Part shown: positions 34,171-50,100 of the stretch, one piece after another
Position numbering within the stretch: position 1 is the first letter of the stretch
How the letters are laid out: every line of letters begins with the position of its first letter
Source: Macrostomum lignano
Taxonomy: Eukaryota
DNA length: 64,000 nt
Direction: 5' to 3'
Assembly: GCA_002269645.1 (NCBI GenBank)
Contig: NIVC01002100.1
Coordinates: 140,595 to 204,594, forward strand
Notes under the pieces: model-generated
Databases searched by the model: none
What the model was told of the DNA's origin: nothing
What the model saw: only the letters and a program-made list of their open reading frames with translations
Made by a program: the position numbers and the translations under genes

Positions 34171-34232
34171 CTAACCCTAACCCTAGCCTAACCCTAACCC
34201 TAACCCTAACCCTAACCCTAACCTAACCCTAA
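34171..34232 (-). repeat. Interstitial telomeric (TTAGGG)n tract, about 10 units
   Basis: (ccctaa)n with two 5-nt units and one substitution. Confidence 0.9.
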
Positions 34233-35149
34233 AGCATTGAAATTTCAGTAATTCTCCCTAAGAGTCATTATAGCACTACTACAGCATTATAGCGATTCCT
34301 TGCAAGCCTCGACATCGTAGGGATTCCCAAATGAATCTCTTAACTTCGACATGAAGCTTCTTTTATTTTTTACATTACGCTTTTTTATCAGCGATCCCTC
34401 CCCTAAGGAGGCATCAAATAATGTAATAAAAAGTTTTCAATAAACTACATGTAGCTTCTGACTTTAGCCTTGAAATCTCATTTATACCCCCGTGAGCCTT
34501 GACATCTCAGCTATTCCCCCCGTAAGCCTTGACATGTCAGCAATGGCCCCATAAACCTTGAAATCTAAAAAATCCCCTGTTAACCTTGAAACCCGATAAA
34601 ATATAACCCTCAACCCACACCTGACCTAAACCTAACTTTAACCCAACATAAAGCCTTGAAATCTCAGCAATTCTTCTCCCCTAAGGCTTGACATTTTAGT
34701 GATTCTTTCTTTAAGAATCACAGCACTATAACGATTTCCACCAAGCTTTGACATCGTAGCAATTCCCAAATGAATCTTTTAACTTCGACATGACTTTTCT
34801 TTTATGTATACATAGTGCTACTTTTATTTTTTACATGACTTTTCTTCTATCAGCGCCCCCCCCGTGACGAGCCAACAAAGAATGCAATAAAAAAATGGAG
34901 TAAAGTACATGAACTTTGAAGTAGCTTCTGACTTTTGCTTTGACATCTCAGAAACCCCCCCCCCGTAATCTCAGTTATTCTCTGAGAGCCTTGACGTCTC
35001 AGTTTTTCTCCCCAGCACAGCATTATAGTTGCATTTAATTTTTACATGAACCCTTCATGTCTGACATGACGTTTCTTTTATTCTACCGTGACGCTTCTTA
35101 ATTTTTTAAATGACACTTTCATTAGTTTTTAAATGAGGCTTCTATGATT

Positions 35150-38100
35150 TTTTCTTGATGCTTCTATGATTTTTACATGACGCTTCTATGATTTTTTACA
35201 TGACGCTTCTATGATTGTTTACATGACGCTTCTATGATTGTTTACATGACGCTTCTATGATTTTTTACATGACGCTTCTATGATTTTTTACATGACGCTT
35301 CTATGATTGTTTACATGACGCTTCTATGATTGTTTACATGACGCTTCTATGATTGTTGACATGACGCCTCTACGATTTTTTACATGACGCTTCTATGATT
35401 GTTCACATGACGCTTCTATGATTGTTTACATGACGCTTCTACGATTTTTTACATGACGCTTCTATGATTGTTTACATGACGCTTCTATGATTTTTTACAT
35501 GGCGCTTCTATGATTGTTTACATGACGCTTCTATGATTGTTTACATGACGCTTCTAAGATTTTTTACATGACGCTTCTATGATTGTTTACATGACGCTTC
35601 TATGACTTTTACATGACGCTTCTATGATTTTTTACATGACGCTTCTAAGATTTTTTACATGACGCTTCTATGATTTTTTAAATGACGCTTCTATGATTGT
35701 TTACATGACGCTTCTATGATTGTTTACATGACGCCTTAAGATTTTTTACATGACGCTTCTACGATTTTTTACATGACGCTTCTATGATTGTTTACATGAC
35801 GCTTCTATGATTGTTTACATGACGCTTCTATGATTGTTTACATGACGCTTCTACGATTTTTTACATGACGCTTCTATGATTGTTTACATGACGCTTCTAT
35901 GATTTTTTACATGGCGCTTCTATGATTGTTTACATGACGCTTCTATGATTGTTTACATGACGCTTCTAAGATTTTTTACATGACGCTTCTATGATTGTTT
36001 ACATGACGCTTCTATGACTGTTTACATGACGCTTCTAAGATTTTTTACATGACGCTTCTATGATTTTTTAAATGACGCTTCTATGATTGTTTACATGACG
36101 CTTCTATGATTGTTTACATGACGCCTTAAGATTTTTTACATGACGCTTCTACGATTTTTTACATGACGCTTCTACGATTTTTTACATGACGCTTCTATGA
36201 TTTTTATATGACGTTTCTATGATTGTTTACATGACGCTTCTATGATTGTTTACATGACGCTTCTACGATTTTTTACATGACGCTTCTATGATTGTATACA
36301 TGACGCTTCTATGATTGTTTACATGACGCTTCTATGATTGTTTACATGACGCTTCTAAGATTTTTTACATGACGCTTCTATGATTTTTTACATGACGCTT
36401 CTATGATTGTTTGCATGACGCTTCTATGATTGTTTACATGACGCTTCTATGATTGTTTACATGACGCCTCTACGATTTTTTACATGACGCTTCTATGATT
36501 GTTTACATGACGCTTCTATGATTTTTTACATGACGCTTCTATGATTGTTAACATGACGCTTCTATGATTGTTTACATGACGCTTCTATGATTGTTTACAT
36601 GACGCTTCTATGATTGTTTACATGACGCTTCTATGATTGTTTACATGACGCTTCTATGATTTTTACATGACGCTTCTATGATTGTTTACATGACGCTTCT
36701 ATGATTTTTTACATGACGCTTCTATGATTTTTTACATGACGCTTCTATGATTGTTTACAGTACGCTTCTATGATTTTTTACATGACGCTTCTATGATTGT
36801 TTACATGACGCTTCTATGATTGTTTACATGACGCTTCTAAGATTTTTTACATGACGCTTCTATGATTGTTTACAGTACGCTTCTATGATTTTTTACATGA
36901 CGCTTCTATGATTGTTTACATGACGCTTCTATGATTGTTTACATGACGCTTCTATGATTGTTTACATGACGCTTCTACGATTTTTTACATGACGCTTCTA
37001 TGATTGTTTACATGACGCTTCTATGATTTTTTACATGACGCTTCTATGATTGTTTACATGACGCTTCTATGATTTTTTACATGACGCTTCTATGATTGTT
37101 TACATGACGCTTCTATGATTGTTTACATGACGCTTCTATGATTGTTTACATGACGCTTCTACGATTTTTACATGACGCTTCTATGATTGTTTACATGACG
37201 CTTCTATGATTTTTTACATGACGCTTCTATGATTTTTTACATGACGCTTTTATGATTGTTTACATGGCACTTCTATGATTGTTTACATGACGCTTCTATG
37301 ATTGTTTACATGACGCTTCTAAGATTTTTTACATGACGCTTCTATGATTGTTTACATGACGCTTTTATGATTTTTTACATGACGCTTCTAAGATTTTTTA
37401 CATGACGCTTCTACGATTTTTTACATGACGCTTCTATGATTTTTATATGACGTTTCTATGATTGTTTACATGACGCTTCTATGATTGTTTACATGACGCT
37501 TCTACGATTTTTTACATGACGCTTCTATGATTGTTTACATGACGCTTCTATGATTGTTTACATGACGCTTCTATGATTGTTTACATGACGCTTCTAAGAT
37601 TTTTTACATGACGCTTCTATGATTGTTTACATGACGCTTCTATGATTGTTTGCATGACGCTTCTATGATTGTTTACATGACGCTTCTATGATTGTTTACA
37701 TGACGCTCTACGATTTTTTACATGACGCTTCTATGATTGTTTACATGACGCTTCTATGATTTTTTACATGACGCTTCTATGATTGTTTACATGACGCTTC
37801 TATGATTGTTTACATGACGCTTCTATGATTGTTTACATGACGCTTCTATGATTGTTTACATGACGCTTCTATGATTGTTTACATGACGCTTCTATGATTT
37901 TTTACATGACGCTTCTATGATTGTTTACATGACGCTTCTATGATTTTTACATGACGCTTCTATGATTTTTTACATGACGCTTCTATGATTGTTTACAGTA
38001 CGCTTCTATGATTTTTTACATGACGCTTCTATGATTGTTTACATGACGCTTCTATGATTGTTTACATGACGCTTCTATGATTGTTTACATGACGCTTCTA

Positions 38101-41100
38101 TGATTTTTTACATGACGCTTTTATGATTGTTTACATGACGCTTCTATGATTTTTACATGACGCTTCTATGATTGTTTACATGACGCTCTACGATTTTTTA
38201 CATGACGCTTCTATGATTGTTTACATGACGCTTCTATGATTTTTACATGACGCTTCTATGATTGTTTACAGTACGCTTCTATGATTTTTTACATGACGCT
38301 TCTATGATTGTTTACATGACGCTTCTATGATTGTTTACATGACGCTTCTATGATTGTTTACATGACGCTTCTACGATTTTTTACATGACGCTTCTATGAT
38401 TGTTTACATGACGCTTCTATGATTTTTACATGACGCTTCTATGATTGTTTACATGACGCTTCTATGATTTTTACATGGCGCTTCTATGATTGTTTACATG
38501 ACGCTTCTATGATTGTTTACATGACGCCTCTACGATTTTTTACATGACGCTTCTATGATTGTTTACATGCCGCTTTTATGATTTTTTACATGACGCTTCT
38601 AAGATTTTTTACATGACGCTTCTACGATTTTTTACATGACGCTTCTATGATTGTTTACATGACGCTTCTAAGATTTTTTACATGACGCTTCTATGATTGT
38701 TTACATGACGCTTCTACGATTTTTTACATGACGCTTCTATGATTGTTTACATGACGCTTCTATGATTGTTTACATGACGCTTCTATGATTGTTTACATGA
38801 CGCTTCTAAGATTTTTTACATGACGCTTCTATGATTGTTTACATGACGCTTCTATGATTGTTTGCATGACGCTTCTATGATTGTTTACATGACGCTTCTA
38901 TGATTGTTTACATGACGCCTCTACGATTTTTTACATGACGCTTCTATGATTGTTTACATGACGCTTCTATGATTTTTACATGACGCTTCTATGATTGTTT
39001 ACATGACGCTTCTATGATTGTTTACATGACGCTTCTATGATTGTTTACATGACGCTTCTATGATTGTTTACATGACGCTTCTATGATTGTTTACATGACG
39101 CTTCTATGATTTTTTACATGACGCTTCTATGATTGTTTACATGACGCTTCTATGATTTTTTACATGACGCTTCTATGATTTTTTACATGACGCTTCTATG
39201 ATTGTTTACAGTACGCTTCTATGATTTTTTACATGACGCTTCTATGATTGTTTACATGACGCTTCTATGATTGTTTACATGACGCTTCTATGATTGTTTA
39301 CATGACGCTTCTATGATTTTTTACATGACGCTTTTATGATTGTTTACATGACGCTTCTATGATTTTTTACATGACGCTTCTATGATTGTTTACATGACGC
39401 TTCTACGATTTTTTACATGACGCTTCTATGATTGTTTACATGACGCTTCTATGATTTTTTACATGACGCTTCTATGATTGTTTACAGTACGCTTCTATGA
39501 TTTTTTACATGACGCTTCTATGATTGTTTACATGACGCTTCTATGATTGTTTACATGACGCTTCTATGATTGTTTACATGACGCTTCTACGATTTTTTAC
39601 ATGACGCTTCTATGATTGTTTACATGACGCTTCTATGATTTTTTACATGACGCTTTATGATTGTTTACATGACGCTTCTATGATTTTTACATGACGCTTC
39701 TATGATTGTTTACATGACGCTTCTATGATTGTTTACATGACGCTTCTAAGATTTTTTACATGACGCTTCTATGATTGTTTACATGACGCTTTATGATTTT
39801 TACATGACGCTTCTATGATTTTTTACATGACGCTTCTACGATTTTTTACATGACGCTTCTATGATTGTTTACATGACGCTTCTATGATTGTTTACATGAC
39901 GCTTCTATGATTGTTTACATGACGCTTCTAAGATTTTTTACATGACGCTTCTACGATTTTTACATGACGCTTTATGATTGTTTACATGACGCTTCTATGA
40001 TTGTTTACATGACGCTTCTAAGATTTTTTACATGACGCTTCTACGATTTTTACATGACGCTTCTATGATTTTTACATGACGCTTCTATGATTTTTTACAT
40101 GACGCTTCTATGATTGTTTACATGACGCTTCTATGATTGTTTACATGACGCTTCTATGATTGTTTACATGACGCTTCTATGATTTTTAATGACGCTTCTA
40201 TGTTTGTTTACATGACGCTTCTATGATTTTTATGACGCTTCTATGATTGTTTACATGACGCTTCTAAGATTTTTTACATGACGCTTCTATGATTGTTTAC
40301 ATGACGCTTTTTGATTGTTTACATGACGCTTCTACGATTTTTATATGACGCTTCTATGATTTTTTACATGACGCTTCTATGATTTTTTACATGACGCTTC
40401 TATGATTGTTTACATGACGCTTCTATGATTGTTTACATGACGCTTCTATGATTTTTTACATGACGCTTCTACGATTTTTTACATGACGCTTCTATGATTG
40501 TTTACATGACGCTTCTACGATTTTTATATGACGCTTCTATGATTTTTTACATGACGCTTCTATGATTTTTACATGACGCTTCTATGATTGTTTACATGAC
40601 GCTTCTATGATTGTTTACATGACGCTTCTATGATTGTTTACATGACGCTTCTATGATTGTTTACATGACGCTTCTATGATTTTTATATGACGCTTCTATG
40701 ATTGTTTACATGACGCTTCTACGATTGTTTACATGACGCTTCTATGATTGTTTACATGACGCTTCTAAGATTTTTTACATGACGCTTCTATGATTGTTTA
40801 CATGACGCTTCTATGATTTTTTATATGACGCTTCTATGATTTTTTACATGACGCTTCTATGATTGTTTGCATGACGCTTCTAAGATTTTTTACATGACGC
40901 TTCTATGATTGTTTACATGACGCTTCTATGATTTTTTACATGACGCTTCTATGATTGTTTACATGACGCTTCTATGATTGTTTACATGACGCTTCTATGA
41001 TTGTTTACATGACGCTTCTATGATTGTTTACATGACGCTTCTATGATTGTTTACATGACGCTTCTATGATTTTTACATGACGCTTCTATGATTGTTTACA

Positions 41101-44100
41101 TGACGCTTCTATGATTTTTACATGACGCTTCTATGATTTTTACATGACGCTTCTATGATTGTTTACATGACGCTTCTATGATTTTTTACATGACGCTTCT
41201 ATGATTGTTTACATGACGCTTCTATGATTTTTACATGACGCTTCTATGATTGTTTACATGACGCTTCTATGATTGTTTACATGACGCTTCTATGATTTTT
41301 ACATGACGCTTCTATGATTGTTTACATGACGCTTCTATGATTTTTACATGACGCTTCTATGATTTTTTACATGACGCTTCTATGATTTTTACATGACGCT
41401 TCTATGATTGTTTACATGACGCTTCTATGATTGTTTACATGACGCTTCTATGATTGTTTACATGACGCTTCTATGATTTTTTACATGACGCTTCTATGAT
41501 TTTTACATGACGCTTCTATGATTGTTTACATGACGCTTCTATGATTGTTTACATGACGCTTCTATGATTTTTACATGACGCTTCTATGATTTTTACATGA
41601 CGCTTCTATGATTTTTACATGACGCTTCTATGATTTTTACATGACGCTTCTATGATTGTTTACATGACGCTTCTATGATTGTTTACATGACGCTTCTATG
41701 ATTTTTACATGACGCTTCTATGATTTTTACATGACGCTTCTATGATTTTTACATGACGCTTCTATGATTTTTACATGACGCTTCTATGATTGTTTACATG
41801 ACGCTTCTATGATTGTTTACATGACGCTTCTATGATTTTTACATGACGCTTCTATGATTTTTACATGACGCTTCTATGATTTTTACATGACGCTTCTATG
41901 ATTTTTACATGACGCTTCTATGATTTTTACATGACGCTTCTATGATTGTTTACATGACGCTTCTATGATTTTTACATGACGCTTCTATGATTTTTACATG
42001 ACGCTTCTATGATTTTTACATGACGCTTCTATGATTTTTACATGACGCTTCTATGATTTTTACATGACGCTTCTATGATTTTTACATGACGCTTCTATGA
42101 TTTTTACATGACGCTTCTATGATTGTTTACATGACGCTTCTATGATTGTTTACATGACGCTTCTATGATTGTTTACATGACGCTTCTATGATTGTTTACA
42201 TGACGCTTCTATGATTTTTACATGACGCTTCTATGATTTTTACATGACGCTTCTATGATTGTTTACATGACGCTTCTATGATTTTTACATGACGCTTCTA
42301 TGATTTTTACATGACGCTTCTATGATTTTTACATGACGCTTCTATGATTGTTTACATGACGCTTCTATGATTGTTTACATGACGCTTCTATGATTTTTAC
42401 ATGACGCTTCTATGATTTTTACATGACGCTTCTATGATTTTTACATGACGCTTCTATGATTGTTTACATGACGCTTCTATGATTTTTACATGACGCTTCT
42501 ATGATTGTTTACATGACGCTTCTATGATTGTTTACATGACGCTTCTATGATTGTTTACATGACGCTTCTATGATTTTTACATGACGCTTCTATGATTGTT
42601 TACATGACGCTTCTATGATTGTTTACATGACGCTTCTATGATTGTTTACATGACGCTTCTATGATTTTTACATGACGCTTCTATGATTGTTTACATGACG
42701 CTTCTATGATTTTTACATGACGCTTCTATGATTGTTTACATGACGCTTCTATGATTTTTACATGACGCTTCTATGATTGTTTACATGACGCTTCTATGAT
42801 TTTTACATGACGCTTCTATGATTTTTACATGACGCTTCTATGATTTTTACATGACGCTTCTATGATTTTTACATGACGCTTCTATGATTTTTACATGACG
42901 CTTCTATGATTTTTACATGACGCTTCTATGATTGTTTACATGACGCTTCTATGATTTTTACATGACGCTTCTATGATTTTTACATGACGCTTCTATGATT
43001 TTTACATGACGCTTCTATGATTGTTTACATGACGCTTCTATGATTGTTTACATGACGCTTCTATGATTTTTACATGACGCTTCTATGATTGTTTACATGA
43101 CGCTTCTATGATTTTTACATGACGCTTCTATGATTGTTTACATGACGCTTCTATGATTTTTACATGACGCTTCTATGATTTTTACATGACGCTTCTATGA
43201 TTTTTACATGACGCTTCTATGATTGTTTACATGACGCTTCTATGATTTTTACATGACGCTTCTATGATTGTTTACATGACGCTTCTATGATTTTTACATG
43301 ACGCTTCTATGATTGTTTACATGACGCTTCTATGATTTTTACATGACGCTTCTATGATTTTTACATGACGCTTCTATGATTGTTTACATGACGCTTCTAT
43401 GATTTTTACATGACGCTTCTATGATTTTTACATGACGCTTCTATGATTTTTACATGACGCTTCTATGATTTTTACATGACGCTTCTATGATTTTTACATG
43501 ACGCTTCTATGATTTTTACATGACGCTTCTATGATTGTTTACATGACGCTTCTATGATTTTTACATGACGCTTCTATGATTTTTACATGACGCTTCTATG
43601 ATTTTTACATGACGCTTCTATGATTTTTACATGACGCTTCTATGATTTTTACATGACGCTTCTATGATTTTTACATGACGCTTCTATGATTTTTACATGA
43701 CGCTTCTATGATTTTTACATGACGCTTCTATGATTGTTTACATGACGCTTCTATGATTTTTACATGACGCTTCTATGATTTTTACATGACGCTTCTATGA
43801 TTTTTACATGACGCTTCTATGATTTTTACATGACGCTTCTATGATTTTTACATGACGCTTCTATGATTTTTACATGACGCTTCTATGATTTTTACATGAC
43901 GCTTCTATGATTGTTTACATGACGCTTCTATGATTTTTACATGACGCTTCTATGATTTTTACATGACGCTTCTATGATTTTTACATGACGCTTCTATGAT
44001 TTTTACATGACGCTTCTATGATTGTTTACATGACGCTTCTATGATTTTTACATGACGCTTCTATGATTTTTACATGACGCTTCTATGATTTTTACATGAC

Positions 44101-47100
44101 GCTTCTATGATTTTTACATGACGCTTCTATGATTTTTACATGACGCTTCTATGATTTTTACATGACGCTTCTATGATTGTTTACATGACGCTTCTATGAT
44201 TTTTACATGACGCTTCTATGATTGTTTACATGACGCTTCTATGATTGTTTACATGACGCTTCTATGATTTTTACATGACGCTTCTATGATTTTTACATGA
44301 CGCTTCTATGATTGTTTACATGACGCTTCTATGATTTTTACATGACGCTTCTATGATTGTTTACATGACGCTTCTATGATTTTTACATGACGCTTCTATG
44401 ATTTTTACATGACGCTTCTATGATTTTTACATGACGCTTCTATGATTTTTACATGACGCTTCTATGATTTTTACATGACGCTTCTATGATTGTTTACATG
44501 ACGCTTCTATGATTTTTACATGACGCTTCTATGATTGTTTACATGACGCTTCTATGATTTTTACATGACGCTTCTATGATTTTTACATGACGCTTCTATG
44601 ATTTTTACATGACGCTTCTATGATTTTTACATGACGCTTCTATGATTGTTTACATGACGCTTCTATGATTTTTACATGACGCTTCTATGATTTTTACATG
44701 ACGCTTCTATGATTTTTACATGACGCTTCTATGATTTTTACATGACGCTTCTATGATTTTTACATGACGCTTCTATGATTTTTACATGACGCTTCTATGA
44801 TTGTTTACATGACGCTTCTATGATTTTTACATGACGCTTCTATGATTTTTACATGACGCTTCTATGATTTTTACATGACGCTTCTATGATTTTTACATGA
44901 CGCTTCTATGATTTTTACATGACGCTTCTATGATTTTTACATGACGCTTCTATGATTTTTACATGACGCTTCTATGATTTTTACATGACGCTTCTATGAT
45001 TTTTACATGACGCTTCTATGATTTTTACATGACGCTTCTATGATTTTTACATGACGCTTCTATGATTTTTACATGACGCTTCTATGATTTTTACATGACG
45101 CTTCTATGATTGTTTACATGACGCTTCTATGATTTTTACATGACGCTTCTATGATTTTTACATGACGCTTCTATGATTTTTACATGACGCTTCTATGATT
45201 TTTACATGACGCTTCTATGATTTTTACATGACGCTTCTATGATTTTTACATGACGCTTCTATGATTTTTACATGACGCTTCTATGATTTTTACATGACGC
45301 TTCTATGATTTTTACATGACGCTTCTATGATTTTTACATGACGCTTCTATGATTGTTTACATGACGCTTCTATGATTGTTTACATGACGCTTCTATGATT
45401 TTTACATGACGCTTCTATGATTTTTACATGACGCTTCTATGATTTTTACATGACGCTTCTATGATTTTTACATGACGCTTCTATGATTTTTACATGACGC
45501 TTCTATGATTTTTACATGACGCTTCTATGATTTTTACATGACGCTTCTATGATTTTTACATGACGCTTCTATGATTGTTTACATGACGCTTCTATGATTT
45601 TTACATGACGCTTCTATGATTTTTACATGACGCTTCTATGATTTTTACATGACGCTTCTATGATTTTTACATGACGCTTCTATGATTTTTACATGACGCT
45701 TCTATGATTTTTACATGACGCTTCTATGATTTTTACATGACGCTTCTATGATTGTTTACATGACGCTTCTATGATTTTTACATGACGCTTCTATGATTTT
45801 TACATGACGCTTCTATGATTGTTTACATGACGCTTCTATGATTTTTACATGACGCTTCTATGATTTTTACATGACGCTTCTATGATTTTTACATGACGCT
45901 TCTATGATTTTTACATGACGCTTCTATGATTTTTACATGACGCTTCTATGATTTTTACATGACGCTTCTATGATTTTTACATGACGCTTCTATGATTGTT
46001 TACATGACGCTTCTATGATTTTTACATGACGCTTCTATGATTGTTTACATGACGCTTCTATGATTGTTTACATGACGCTTCTATGATTTTTACATGACGC
46101 TTCTATGATTGTTTACATGACGCTTCTATGATTTTTACATGACGCTTCTATGATTTTTACATGACGCTTCTATGATTGTTTACATGACGCTTCTATGATT
46201 TTTACATGACGCTTCTATGATTGTTTACATGACGCTTCTATGATTTTTACATGACGCTTCTATGATTGTTTACATGACGCTTCTATGATTTTTACATGAC
46301 GCTTCTATGATTGTTTACATGACGCTTCTATGATTGTTTACATGACGCTTCTATGATTGTTTACATGACGCTTCTATGATTGTTTACATGACGCTTCTAT
46401 GATTTTTTACATGACGCTTCTATGATTTTTACATGACGCTTCTATGATTTTTACATGACGCTTCTATGATTGTTTACATGACGCTTCTATGATTTTTACA
46501 TGACGCTTCTATGATTGTTTACATGACGCTTCTATGATTTTTACATGACGCTTCTATGATTTTTACATGACGCTTCTATGATTTTTACATGACGCTTCTA
46601 TGATTGTTTACATGACGCTTCTATGATTGTTTACATGACGCTTCTATGATTGTTTACATGACGCTTCTATGATTTTTACATGACGCTTCTATGATTTTTT
46701 ACATGACGCTTCTATGATTTTTACATGACGCTTCTATGATTTTTACATGACGCTTCTATGATTGTTTACATGACGCTTCTATGATTTTTACATGACGCTT
46801 CTATGATTGTTTACATGACGCTTCTATGATTTTTACATGACGCTTCTATGATTTTTACATGACGCTTCTATGATTGTTTACATGACGCTTCTATGATTTT
46901 TACATGACGCTTCTATGATTTTTACATGACGCTTCTATGATTTTTACATGACGCTTCTATGATTGTTTACATGACGCTTCTATGATTTTTACATGACGCT
47001 TCTATGATTGTTTACATGACGCTTCTATGATTTTTACATGACGCTTCTATGATTGTTTACATGACGCTTCTATGATTTTTACATGACGCTTCTATGATTG

Positions 47101-50100
47101 TTTACATGACGCTTCTATGATTTTTACATGACGCTTCTATGATTGTTTACATGACGCTTCTATGATTTTTACATGACGCTTCTATGATTGTTTACATGAC
47201 GCTTCTATGATTTTTACATGACGCTTCTATGATTGTTTACATGACGCTTCTATGATTTTTACATGACGCTTCTATGATTGTTTACATGACGCTTCTATGA
47301 TTTTTACATGACGCTTCTATGATTTTTACATGACGCTTCTATGATTTTTACATGACGCTTCTATGATTTTTACATGACGCTTCTATGATTTTTACATGAC
47401 GCTTCTATGATTTTTACATGACGCTTCTATGATTTTTACATGACGCTTCTATGATTTTTACATGACGCTTCTATGATTTTTACATGACGCTTCTATGATT
47501 TTTACATGACGCTTCTATGATTTTTACATGACGCTTCTATGATTTTTACATGACGCTTCTATGATTGTTTACATGACGCTTCTATGATTTTTACATGACG
47601 CTTCTATGATTTTTACATGACGCTTCTATGATTTTTACATGACGCTTCTATGATTTTTACATGACGCTTCTATGATTTTTACATGACGCTTCTATGATTT
47701 TTACATGACGCTTCTATGATTTTTACATGACGCTTCTATGATTTTTACATGACGCTTCTATGATTGTTTACATGACGCTTCTATGATTGTTTACATGACG
47801 CTTCTATGATTTTTACATGACGCTTCTATGATTGTTTACATGACGCTTCTATGATTGTTTACATGACGCTTCTATGATTTTTACATGACGCTTCTATGAT
47901 TTTTACATGACGCTTCTATGATTTTTACATGACGCTTCTATGATTGTTTACATGACGCTTCTATGATTGTTTACATGACGCTTCTATGATTGTTTACATG
48001 ACGCTTCTATGATTTTTACATGACGCTTCTATGATTTTTACATGACGCTTCTATGATTTTTACATGACGCTTCTATGATTGTTTACATGACGCTTCTATG
48101 ATTTTTACATGACGCTTCTATGATTTTTACATGACGCTTCTATGATTTTTACATGACGCTTCTATGATTTTTACATGACGCTTCTATGATTGTTTACATG
48201 ACGCTTCTATGATTTTTACATGACGCTTCTATGATTTTTACATGACGCTTCTATGATTTTTACATGACGCTTCTATGATTGTTTACATGACGCTTCTATG
48301 ATTTTTACATGACGCTTCTATGATTGTTTACATGACGCTTCTATGATTTTTACATGACGCTTCTATGATTTTTACATGACGCTTCTATGATTGTTTACAT
48401 GACGCTTCTATGATTGTTTACATGACGCTTCTATGATTGTTTACATGACGCTTCTATGATTTTTACATGACGCTTCTATGATTGTTTACATGACGCTTCT
48501 ATGATTTTTACATGACGCTTCTATGATTTTTACATGACGCTTCTATGATTGTTTACATGACGCTTCTATGATTTTTACATGACGCTTCTATGATTGTTTA
48601 CATGACGCTTCTATGATTTTTACATGACGCTTCTATGATTGTTTACATGACGCTTCTATGATTTTTACATGACGCTTCTATGATTGTTTACATGACGCTT
48701 CTATGATTGTTTACATGACGCTTCTATGATTTTTACATGACGCTTCTATGATTGTTTACATGACGCTTCTATGATTTTTACATGACGCTTCTATGATTTT
48801 TACATGACGCTTCTATGATTGTTTACATGACGCTTCTATGATTTTTACATGACGCTTCTATGATTGTTTACATGACGCTTCTATGATTGTTTACATGACG
48901 CTTCTATGATTTTTACATGACGCTTCTATGATTTTTACATGACGCTTCTATGATTGTTTACATGACGCTTCTATGATTTTTACATGACGCTTCTATGATT
49001 GTTTACATGACGCTTCTATGATTTTTACATGACGCTTCTATGATTGTTTACATGACGCTTCTATGATTTTTACATGACGCTTCTATGATTTTTACATGAC
49101 GCTTCTATGATTTTTACATGACGCTTCTATGATTTTTACATGACGCTTCTATGATTGTTTACATGACGCTTCTATGATTTTTACATGACGCTTCTATGAT
49201 TGTTTACATGACGCTTCTATGATTTTTACATGACGCTTCTATGATTGTTTACATGACGCTTCTATGATTTTTACATGACGCTTCTATGATTTTTACATGA
49301 CGCTTCTATGATTTTTACATGACGCTTCTATGATTTTTACATGACGCTTCTATGATTTTTACATGACGCTTCTATGATTTTTACATGACGCTTCTATGAT
49401 TTTTACATGACGCTTCTATGATTTTTACATGACGCTTCTATGATTTTTACATGACGCTTCTATGATTGTTTACATGACGCTTCTATGATTTTTACATGAC
49501 GCTTCTATGATTTTTACATGACGCTTCTATGATTTTTACATGACGCTTCTATGATTGTTTACATGACGCTTCTATGATTGTTTACATGACGCTTCTATGA
49601 TTTTTACATGACGCTTCTATGATTTTTACATGACGCTTCTATGATTTTTACATGACGCTTCTATGATTTTTACATGACGCTTCTATGATTGTTTACATGA
49701 CGCTTCTATGATTGTTTACATGACGCTTCTATGATTGTTTACATGACGCTTCTATGATTTTTACATGACGCTTCTATGATTGTTTACATGACGCTTCTAT
49801 GATTTTTACATGACGCTTCTATGATTGTTTACATGACGCTTCTATGATTTTTACATGACGCTTCTATGATTTTTACATGACGCTTCTATGATTGTTTACA
49901 TGACGCTTCTATGATTTTTACATGACGCTTCTATGATTTTTACATGACGCTTCTATGATTTTTACATGACGCTTCTATGATTTTTACATGACGCTTCTAT
50001 GATTGTTTACATGACGCTTCTATGATTTTTACATGACGCTTCTATGATTTTTACATGACGCTTCTATGATTGTTTACATGACGCTTCTATGATTTTTACA

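Noticed and set aside
34171-34232. True chromosome end
   Set aside because: Only about 10 units, internal, and repeated at a homologous position of a second element.
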